64,000 nucleotides of DNA from Callorhinchus milii (Eukaryota), in the NCBI RefSeq assembly GCF_018977255.1, contig NW_024704772.1, forward strand, positions 1,054,001 to 1,118,000, given 5' to 3'. The first letter of the stretch is position 1, and each line of letters begins with the position of its first letter. Positions 53,901-64,000 of this stretch are shown here, piece by piece. The notes under the pieces were generated by a model. It ran no database searches. It saw only the letters and a program-made list of their open reading frames with translations, and was not told the DNA's origin. Made by a program: the position numbers and the translations under genes.

Positions 53901-54787
53901 TCTCATCCCTGGGTCTAGATCAAATCCATTAACTATTTTAGTTTTTTTTAATCACTGACAGAAAACCGACTTCAATCTTAAGAATGGATTCAACAAGTTC
54001 TGGTCGCTCTAAAATGCTACATAAATATTCAGGCTAGAGCCAGGTGGAATGCGGAGTGAAAGATACTGCACAGAGTTTAGAGTTTCAAGGTAAAGTGCGA
54101 GTCAAACTTATCCAAATAGAGCCTGGTTCTGTTCAATTTTTTTTATTATATTCATGAAATACAGACTTTCAGAAGCTGCGTTTTTTTTTAGCTTTCCCAC
54201 CCCCCCCTCCAAAAAAAAAACATACAGAAACAAGTTGACATTTTGACAAAAAGCAAAATCTCTTCAGCAGAAGCAAGTCTGTGACACGTGTGTATGTGTT
54301 TGTGTCGTGTGAGAGATACCAATTTTCGACTTTTGCTGAGGACTCTTCCTCTCTCTTAGGGCTTATTTATTTCAGCACAACCTCAAAGCTGCTGTAAGGG
54401 GAATGTTTAGAAGACTGATACGTCGGGCGTTCGAGAAGTTTTATGGGGTATTTATTTTTAACGATTAAGCCTCTTGGGATGTTCTCCCGAAGTGAAAGGC
54501 GCTAAATAAAGGTCATTTGTTGTTGTATTGGTGAAAGCGCGAAGCTGGGAAGGGGGGTGGAGAATGGAAAAGCTGACCAAATGTGCAGTTGAGAAGAAAG
54601 GTCAGGTCTTAAGGCCGGTTTTAAGGTGGGGAGGGAGATTGATTAAAGAAGCGTTTGTTTTCTCTGAAGGCTGCTGGCGTGTGATGTCGTGTGGCACCTC
54701 CAAGTCATCCGCTTTGTGATCCCAGATCGCTGCTTGAACACTTTATCCCGTGAATTTGACATTGTGTGTAGTGTTGTGAAGGGCTGC

Positions 54788-57700
54788 CTAATAATAGTCC
54801 CCGAAGTACTGTCTGTAGGCATTTCTGTATCCAATGCGATTTGCCAGTATATCGCAGGGGTAGTAAGACTCGCAGCTCTCCTTGCGCCTCTCGTACGGTG
54901 TCTTGTAGTACTGTTCACGGAGCCTGGAAGCGGGATTGATTCCACATTAGATTTGCATGTTGTTTGCTGCTCAAAGGCTTAGAGTTATGGAGCTAACTTT
55001 CATACCCTTCTGAAACGCAGTGCTGCCAAACCCTTAGCCAAGGGCCTCCTCCCAGCTTGGCGTGGACAAGCACCTTATGAGTGAAACAATTGTTGCTGAG
55101 CTAATAGTGAAAGCCTCTGGCAGAGAGAGAGGCTGAATGTGAATTCAAGTCTTGAAGATAATAATTCGTCCTCTCTCCGATCAATCTGGGATTGACTTTT
55201 TTTTAAAACACTGATTTACCTAAATAAAATTCTTGAGACCTAAATGATTCTTGAGACCATCAAACCCCTTAACAAGCACAAATGCTCTGCCCAGTGCTTG
55301 AATGCCTAGCAGCACGGACTAAAGTGGGTTCAACACACAATACGTTCATTCCAACATTGAAACAGCTGGCTGTCCTTAGTTCCTCTGACTGAACCGATCA
55401 GAACCCTTTTGTTTTTGACACGTTTCACAGTTTTGAGTCTGTTCTATCTCTACGTTGTTATCTGTGAGCTACGGGGAGGAAACTAACCACGACTGAAACG
55501 GTGGTAGATAGAATGAAACTTGGGAGTTCTTTAACACTTGAACAACTGGAGCTACTGGAGCTGAACGTGGGTCAAGGCCATTGGGTGAAGTGCTTTGACA
55601 CATCTCAAAGAGTGATAAGGTGCTATATCAAATGAAAGGATTATTATTGTTGAGCTTGGCCACGGTGTCAAAATCACCGCTCAGCCTGACAGTGAACAGG
55701 AACTGCATTAACATTGACAGATAAGTAGCAGTAACCCGCTATGATCTTTTCAGACTAACGGTGGAGGTCAAGGTTAGGCTCTTTAAGATCTCCCCCCACC
55801 GATGACACTGTTGGGGATTAATAGATCTAAGGGGTAATAAAAGACGAGAGAAGAAAAGACATGTCACAGTTAATTCTGCGGCTTTTAGTTTCCCATCCAG
55901 CCCGATATTGTGACATCTAAATTGCTGCATGTTTTTGTTGGAGAATTATCTTGAAACATTGCCATTCCAACATTATAATCTTTCCCAAATAGCTGCCTGT
56001 TTCGTGCCAAGCTATGGCGCATTGTATTTTCAAGTTTTAAAACTCACACTCGCGTCCCCTGTTGGCTCTGGGACAGTAACACCCACTGAGAACAGTAATG
56101 TGGCACATTGTGGCCAGCGAGGGCTTATCGAAGCCCTGAGCAACATTCTGGGAGATGTGGCATGCTTGTTGGGATGCCATCAAAAGCATTCCTCAGCCTT
56201 GTTTATTTTGATTGCTCAGCCAACAAAAGCATAGCACGAAAGACCACATTCCAGGTGCTCGCGCCGAAGCTCTATGTGTGCGTGTGTTGTGTGTGTTTTA
56301 CTCTGTAGCCGCTTCCTGACACCACAATGTAGACACTGAGCAGAAAGGGCCAATGGCACTGATACCCAGCGCGGAGCCAAGTAAACCGAGAGGGTTAAGA
56401 AATTAATTTCAGATCCTGAACTAGAAAAGGGAGCATTCCTGTCGCTCATTATCTTTTTACAATGTGGGATGATGCCCGCTAACAGAGACTAATCTTAGTT
56501 ACTTGCATGCACAGAGAGATGCCAAAGGCATTTCAAACTGTTGTGTTTTTGTACTCAAAGCCAGAGACACTTGCTTTCGTAACTTGCAATTCGTATCTAC
56601 CCTGCAATGCTCCATGTCTTTCTGGACAATCACTTCCAGTGTCTTAAGGACTTTGACCATCTCAGGTCGATGCCTTCAGCGTGTGGAGCGTAAAATATTA
56701 GGACATGACCCTGCCATGTGCAGTGCCCGTTGCCTCTCGAGAGCTTAGAAACATGAGATTTGTGTGGCGCAAAAAGCACTGCTCTCCTCGACGCTGCCTG
56801 TGTTTGTAACCTCGGATTAGAAACACAGTGTGAACAGTTCTTAAAAAGACTTTGCAAATAGCGGGCTGACCTTTCGTAGTAATTAGGGTATTCTCTTTTG
56901 TGTCTCTTCATCATAGAGTTGGCCTTTGTTTTCTCAAGGAATGGGCCTGAAAAAGGCATAAATAGAGCCAATTTAACACAGTGTTCTATGATGCTTTCAG
57001 AGGTAGAGGGTATCTGCCCTCGAGTTAGATTAAGTTAGCCGACAGCACACAATAACCCTGCTTTTTAAGTGTTTTATATACATAGATATTCAAAATAAAT
57101 AATTTGATCACTCAATCCACGACTGTTTGCGGGACACTGCTGTGCGCAATTGGCTGCCGCGTTTTGCCCACAAAGTATACATTCAATCCACTTTACAGAA
57201 TACTTTGTGAAGTGCTTTGAGATGTCTTAACTACATGATACGGCGCTATATCAAATGCAAGGATTATTTATTACATACAAACTCATAAGATTCAAAAGTT
57301 ACCGACCATTTTTGACGTTGCGTGTCACTTGCGCAGAGGCTGGAAAAGGAAGTTGATGGTTAGTCGGACAAGTTTAAGCCCATCTCCAGTTGGTGTATAC
57401 AAAGCCATAGTGATTGACCATCTGAACAAATTGATCACGAGCCAAGAGAGATTTCCCTCCAGACTAAAGTTTAAATTATGCTGCAAAAACATGTGTCCTG
57501 GTCTAGCCTTGTGATGAATAGCTTCACTTTTTCCTCTTGCAGTAACTTGCCCCATTTTGATGCGCTTTCTTTCACTCTGTTGACTTTACGTGTGAGAGAT
57601 AGCTATGGTGACCACTACAGATGGGAGCCAGATGCTTTCTCTCCGAGGGCGAACAATCCCACCAAACAAAATCGCTCATTCGCTGCTTGGATGTTTGCGG

Positions 57701-58882
57701 GGACGTTGCTGTGCACAAATTGGTTGCTGCGTTCACCCGCAAAACACATAGTCACTGTACTATACAGTGTATTTTGTGAAGCCCTTTGGGACGTGAAAGG
57801 CGCAATGCCAAATGTGAGGATTACAAATAATACGAATAATAATAAAACAAATTAGAGAAAGAGGTTAGATTGGTGTTTTGCGCGAATGAATCGGGCCATC
57901 CCTATGCTGAAATTGCATATTAATGACTAAAAAGATGAGGGAAGCGCTGATCAAATAGAGAATCATAAAACTATCAGTGTCTTTACCTGAGTCGTCAGAG
58001 TGGGTCTCATTTTCTGTGGAATCTAAAATAGAACAGAATTGACAAGAGTGTGTTTTCATCCAATGATACTGAACATGTTTCATTAAAAACAAATCAGTCC
58101 TTTTCTGACAATGCACCCCACGCTACAGTAAACCCTGTGAGGCGCTCTGAGACAGGATATCCCACCAACGTGATGCGGAACTGTATCAAATGCGAGGATC
58201 ACTAATAATTATGTTTGAAGCAGTTTCAAGTGACGCAATGAGAATAATCTGATCGGTCTCCAGACTAAACGTGGAGGAAGAAAGTCATAACCCTTATTGT
58301 ATCAATGCCATCCCAACCCCTATGATTTAATCTGGACTAGCCTGTGGTTGATTAGTAAAATCATCCGCCTGTTTACCTGCAACATCAGAGTTATTCTCCA
58401 CAGAATCTGAAACAGAAAATACAACATCAGTTATGGTTAAAGACTACACGACTCACTTTTTATCTAACGTAGAAAGAAGCAGCTCGATGCTGCTCGTCCA
58501 GCTAAAATCACCTAGGAAACTAAATAAGCTACAGTAAGGATCGCCCAAGATTAACGGATGCAAAAGTTTTCAATCTTCCCCAGATGGGTATACTACAACA
58601 ACAACAACAACAACAACAAATTAGATTTCTATGGCGCCTTTCACGTCAGGAGGAGGTCCCAAAGCGCTGGACAGCCAGGGATCCGCACCTGAGCTGGTGG
58701 TTAGGATCAGGAGGAATGGAGAGGGTAGGGATAGGAGGGTGACCAAAGGCATACTTGTAGGTACAGTATTTTGTCCTTTTGTTTCACACTGTAACAACGA
58801 ATACAAGAACTGCCTCACCAACGCCTCTGGAGGTGCACAAGGTTCCCAGCCCCAGGAGAATGAGCAGGAGTAGGCACTTCAT
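54788..58882 (-). CDS. BGLAP: Osteocalcin / bone Gla protein (BGP)-like prepropeptide, 103 aa, 4 exons
   Basis: Exons 58882-58819 (signal peptide [21 protein letters not shown]), 58022-57987 ([12 protein letters not shown]), 56946-56871 ([25 protein letters not shown], with a gamma-carboxylase docking F...A motif and furin site RHKR) and 54923-54788 ([45 protein letters not shown]). Gla motif ExxxExCxxxxxC; intron phases 1,1,2 as in BGP/MGP genes. Confidence 0.88.
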
Positions 58883-58943
58883 CTTAAACACTTGTCCTTC
58901 TCTGAGATGCCGCCCGTCAGTATCCTGAGAGCGCTGCTGTGAT

Positions 58944-59036
58944 TGTGGTGGGCTGAAGGCAGCTCTCCCTATATATATACACATGCTCACCATTCTCACT
59001 GACAGTCTAGAGGTCCCACATGATGCTGTCTGTGGT
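58944..59036 (-). promoter_or_regulatory. BGP promoter: TATA box flanked by two Runx core sites (TGTGGT)
   Basis: TATATATATA at about 58970-58979; TGTGGT at 58944-58949 and 59031-59036. Confidence 0.5.
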
Positions 59037-59385
59037 GAGAACATCTGCTCATAGGAAGGAAGGACCAGGGCAACCACCCATCCATATCATTTCCAAAGAA
59101 ACATCCAGATTATACTCATGATTTATGCAGGGGACCTTGATCATGGGGGGAAGAGTACAAACCAGGATAAATAAAAAGAGTGTGGCCAAGGCTGTTTGCA
59201 TAACATATTTCTGACAGATCCCAGGGGTGATGTGATAAGAATTTTGGAAATCCTGTGTTTTTTTGTTCTCTCTGAAATTAATTAGTCTGTTTATTTGGTT
59301 CTGCCTTCCACCCCTTAGGTTCCAAACACTCTTCATGCAGCCTTTCTGCACACTCGCTGTTGTTGTCCTCTCATCGTATTGTCGT

Positions 59386-59709
59386 GGAGTCCTGTAGCTC
59401 AGTGGTTAGAGCACTCGCTTTGCAAGCGAGAGACCTGAGTTCAATCCCAGGCAGAGGGCGAAACCTTGGGCAAGTTTCCTTACTCCACACAGAGCCTAAT
59501 AATAATCCCTCCAAAACAAAAAACAATAATAAATTGGTCATTTTCAATCTACGACTGTTTGTGGGACATTGCTGTGCGCAATTGGCTGCCGCGTTCGCCC
59601 ACAAATATACAGTCAATTCACTTTACAGTGTGTTCTGTGAAGCGCTTTGGGACGTCCTCCCGACGTGAAAAGCGCTATATCAAATGCAAGGATTATTATT
59701 ATTATTATT
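59386..59709 (+). mobile_element. Full-length tRNA(Ala-like)-derived SINE with L2-derived tail
   Basis: Head GGAGTCCTGTAGCTCAGTGGTTAGAGCACTCGCTTTGCAAGCGAGAGACCTGAGTTCAATCCC, then body and tail GTGAAAAGCGCTATATCAAATGCAAGG plus ATT repeats. Many partial copies are spread through the window. Confidence 0.88.
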
Positions 59710-61849
59710 GTTGTGCGAGGAGTTGTCGACAACTCCTCGCACAACAATGTGATGAGAGGACAATTTGGTGGCTAAAGTTACTGTTAACGATAATGTTGAT
59801 ACTTTATCAGGCTTCCTCTAAGATCAACGTGGGAGAGCATTGGTGCCTGGTAAAGGAGAAGTGCATGGAGATTGTCAATCATTTCCAAGGGGGTTGACAG
59901 CGCCCCTGACCACATAGTGGACAGACTTGCAGCTTACCGACCAGGTAGGGAGGTTGAGGGTTGATGATCAGTTCGAATCCTGGTCCATGCGGAGTTTGCC
60001 AGTCTTGATCGGGCACTGCATCTAAGGATTTATTGCTTCTGGGCCACTTGCAGAGTTAGGAGGCGAAAAACAGCCAGGGTTCCTGCCCCTGGCTCTTCTT
60101 CAGCCCTCTCTACTGCTGGTAGTGTGTAATAATAATCCTTGCATTTGATACAGTGCCTTATCACATCATTGAGATGTCTCAAAGCATTTCACAGCATATA
60201 TTGTAAAGTGTAGTGACTGTGTGTATTTGTGGCAGCCGGATAGGGCAAGGTCAGGTTCTGTTGTGACTTGGCCCGAGTGGTCTTGAGGCTTGCACATGAA
60301 GAATGGTCACTGTATGTGTGTGTGCATATAGGGAGGGGAAGGGGGTGAACTAGAAGGCAAAAGGACCTGTGGAACAGCACCCCAGCAAGAGAGGAGGAGG
60401 AGGGGCGGAACAAATACCGAAGGAACAAAAATTCCTGGAGCACAGAATTTATCCTTAAAGGAAAATAGTGATGTGTTTTTCCCAGTCCAGGACAGGTAGT
60501 GTGTGGGTGGAAGGACAATTCTTGTAGCGTGGTAATGCAAGTGATTTGGTGGTTTTCCTCCCTGCAGAATAACCATACGATTAGTCACTGGTTTGTGGGT
60601 TCAGACACAAAGAACTTTTGTACAGTGTGTGTTTGTGTATATATATATATATATATAGAACATAATTGCAGCCCTTTTCACGGGACCACAATAAGTTGAC
60701 ACTAAACCACTGCTGTTAATCAGTCCTTTGACAAGATGAACTCCAAAGAAACCAGGGCAACACACACTCTTTTCTCAATAGTCCTCTTTGGTTTTTCTCT
60801 AGATATATTTTAGATTTCTGCTTGTACCCCACTGCACTAAACCTCCCCCCCTCTCACTGGTGTGGTATTCTCTGCCCCACCATTGGCAGCCAAGACTTCA
60901 GCCATCCAGTCCTCACCTCTGGAACCCCCTGCTTCAACCCTCCGCTTCACCCCCCTCTATCTTTAAATTCCTCCTTTTAACACTTGCCTCATCACTTGCT
61001 GGATCCCCACAGCCAACAGCTGTTGCTTTGTGCCCAATGGGCTATTAGTGTGCTGCAAGTAAGGGGTAAAATGTGTGCTATTCCTTAAAGCATTCCTTAA
61101 CTTTTGTGAGGAGCACCAGGTGGCACTCCTCAGGGTCCCCTTGCCTCAGAGGCCGTGTTCGGACACTACCGACCGCGCAGAACTCCACCTGGACTGTGCT
61201 CAAGCCCTGATATTGGGAATGGGTTCTTGAACCCACAAGCTTTTAGCCCATAAGCCCGACTGAGCCAGACCGACACTGCTTCAGAGGGTGGTCTCAGCAC
61301 TTGGGGTTAAGAGGTGTTCAGTCTATGTTGTGGGACCCTGATTTACTGGCTACAGAAAACATTTTGCCTTCCGTGTGTGACTGACTGGAACGAGAGTTCA
61401 GCCAAGTTAGTCTCTGGTGTGTGGGACTGGGATCTGGATGAAGGTTCTCCGTTAGTGTCCTGCAGAGCAGCACGATCTGTCCGCAGATTGAAACCATAGG
61501 AGCCCTCTTTTCTGTTTTTAAACACAAACAAAAAAACCTTCCACAATGGACTCAAATAAACAGTAATTGCTTCCTCCCTCAAAATGTTCCTCTCCTACAG
61601 TTGGGAACATCTGCTTTTAATCCTCACTCAAGAAAGAGCATCAGAGATATAGGAGAATCTTTACATTTGCCACAGTGCCTTGTCACATCGCACAGGCGTC
61701 CCAAAGCGCTTCACAGTAAAGTGTAGTGACTGTGCGTTTTGTAGGTGGATGCAGCAGCCAATTTGCGCGCAGCAATTTCTCCGCAATCAGCCATTGAAGT
61801 GAGTGACTTGTTTTTTTTTAGAGTTTATTTGGGTGAGGGACAACTATTA

Positions 61850-62000
61850 GGTGTCAGTTGGTAGCACTCTTGCCTCTGAGTCAGAAAATTGTGGGTTCAA
61901 GTCCCACATCGGGGAGTTTGAGCTCACAGTCAAGGCTGGCAACCCAGCGCACTGCTGGGGGTGGGGGAGCACTGCATTCGTTCAAATGAGACTTTAAACT
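61850..62000 (+). mobile_element. Older tRNA-derived SINE, possibly Deu-domain type
   Basis: Head GGTAGCACTCTTGCCTCTGAGTCAGAAAATTGTGGGTTCAAGTCCCAC followed by a different core ending ATGAGACTTTAAAC; a related inverted copy lies near 9985-10160. Confidence 0.55.
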
Positions 62001-63360
62001 CAGAAACATTCTTGCATCCCATAATGTTATTGAAAAAGAGAAGGGAGTGACAAAATACAGTCACTACACTTGACAGCAACAGCCTGAAGAACTTTGAGAC
62101 GTCTCAATGATGTTACAAGGCGCTGTGTAAAATTATGAATCATTAATGCAATTGCAGAGCTATTAAAATTTGGGAAATACAGGACTGAGGGTGACAATGG
62201 TTGCCGCATTTCGCCCACAAATATATACAGTCAATTCACTTTACAGTCTATTCTGTGAGGCGCTTTGATACGTCGAGAAGACGTGAAAAGCGCTGTATCA
62301 AAAAGCAAGGATTAATATTACTATTATTAAAAGAACTGAGCGCTTGGAACCACAGTCGAATCTCACAAGAAATGAGCAAACTAGAGAAGCTTTCTTTATT
62401 TCTTTACTATGTATTTATATAAATGTACATTTCAGTTACACACTGCGTATATAGTTGGGGTTGTAAAGCTTTGGATAGAGAACAAGAAGGTGTAGTAAAT
62501 GGTTGTTATAATTACAGCTGTGGGGTAGCGCTGGTAATAACATGCGTTGAGCTGTCTTGTGCTCAGCTGATATATTTCAAGCTGCTTTTAAGTGGAACTA
62601 CGTGCAAGGGGAGTATTGTTACCGAATACACAGGCCACCAAGGTCTCCTGATGTGCGGATAGTTCAGAGATGGGACAGTAAACAAGTCACAGACAGCTAC
62701 CCAATGTTTTTTGCTATCGCTGTGTTTAGCAAACTATAGAATCGGATCGTTGGCAACGCAGAGGGAGGCCATTCAGTCTTAACAGACCACGTTCTGCTTG
62801 GCCACCGAGAGCAAGGGACGTTTCAGCTCAGTGCTGCTTGCTGATTTGCCTGTTGATCGTTGTCCTGGCCTATTGTTGTACGTGGTGGTTTACGTGCATT
62901 GGGGAGAGGGGGATGTGGGGAGCACGGGGAAAGGATTCTTTGTGGGAAGGGAAGTGTCAGGGTGTTGCGAAGAGCTGAGTTGTGGGGATGGATAAATATC
63001 CTGACAACCTTTGGGAATCTGTGCCAATTTGAGTTGAAATCTCTGAAGAGAAACTTGGCTCAAATCAGCCAGAGCCCAAACCATTAGTGTGGACTGAGAG
63101 ATGAGTTGGTATCAGAGAGCGATTTGATTGATCGTGCAACATGAAGCGTTTTGGGAGTGTCGCGGAGTGTGGGGGGAGCTTGCAAATAGCAGCGCGATCA
63201 ATTAATTCACTTTAGATTCAACAGAAAGCCGCGGCATTGCTGCTCTGTTTTGAATGGGGATAGTTTTTGTGCTGGAACTCAACTGGCATTTGGTCACTGG
63301 TAGCAACAGCCTCCCAATGGCCGATGTTGCCTGTGTGTGAGGACCACGTGTGTGTCAGTG

Positions 63361-63571
63361 TCAGAACCGGCGCCTGCGGTTGCGATTGTTTTTCCGCAGC
63401 CTCCTGTTGCGGCCGGCCCTCAGCCTCCGGTAACCACTGAACCGCTGCCTCCCCGACCTGAAGAACTTGCCGATGGCTCGCTTCAGCCCCACCTGCCTCG
63501 CCAGGCGGTCGCACGGCCTGTACTCCTCACACCGCTCCCTGTTCCTTTCACGAAGAGTCTTGAATCGGTCT
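63361..63571 (-). CDS. MGP: Matrix Gla protein, last coding exon (upstream exons lie beyond the window)
   Basis: Acceptor TTCCAG| at 63572, phase 2. Encodes DRFKTLRERNRERCEEYRPCDRLARQVGLKRAIGKFFRSGRQRFSGYRRLRAGRNRRLRKNNRNRRRRF*, with Gla motif ExxxExCxxxxxC, closely resembling shark MGP (CEEYRPC..LARQVGLKRA). Confidence 0.9.
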
Positions 63572-64000
63572 CTGGAACTGAAATGTTAACGAACATTTGT
63601 TTACGAACATCTGGATTTTTATTCTTATCAGCTCCCTTCACCCTCCCTCTCCCCTCGATTATGTAGCTCATAGTGGGGGTATCTGTGCCTTTACCCACTA
63701 CCTATTCTCTCCCCTGCCAGCGCTCCCAGACATTACACTATGGGACCAATGCTGTGTAAATCCAAGTTCTTGATGTACGAATGTTAGTGGGTTAATTTGA
63801 TTACAGAGGGCATCGCAGCCAAACAGGCCTTGTCCTCCCAAAACGTCCACACGTTTGCACCTTGTAGCAGGCTGTCGCTGGATAGCAAGTGGGAGATAAG
63901 AGTGCTCTCTCCATATCCCCCCAAACGGATTGGAGGGGGCGGCTCAGTACAGTTGTAGTGATTTTATCACTGCCCCCCCCCCCACACGCTGTTATCGTCT

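Noticed and set aside
59386-59460. tRNA-Ala(TGC) gene (also at 13551)
   Set aside because: No proper acceptor stem, and it runs straight into the SINE body and L2-type tail; it is a SINE head.
63337-63666. Pro-rich 109-aa plus-strand ORF
   Set aside because: Antisense shadow of the Arg-rich MGP exon.

Overview
Vertebrate genomic DNA, most likely from a cartilaginous fish, judged from a shark-type MGP exon and abundant tRNA-derived SINEs with L2-type tails. Genes were rebuilt by hand from splice sites. In order: the 3' 12 coding exons of CNOT3 (+); a GPRC5-family class C orphan GPCR (-); a beta-lineage parvalbumin whose second EF-hand loop is degenerate (+); a tandem duplication of about 6-7 kb; the complete 12-exon DDX47 (+); a complete 4-exon osteocalcin/BGP-like Gla protein gene (-); and the last exon of matrix Gla protein (-). 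The duplication carries two single-coding-exon TRIM56-like genes (-) and an orphan copy of the DDX47 promoter and exon 1. One TRIM is full length; the other lost B-box2 and the coiled coil through two in-frame deletions. Both have a perfect ISRE upstream. The ORF track largely misses the parvalbumin, BGP and MGP genes. Also present are two solo LTRs with 4-bp TSDs, L2/CR1 fragments, a G-rich minisatellite starting at a CNOT3 donor site, and a 28-nt copy of GPRC5 coding sequence inside an intronic SINE. The best candidate for a new system is the interferon-element-bearing pair of a full-length and a coiled-coil-less TRIM56; its function is inferred, not shown.
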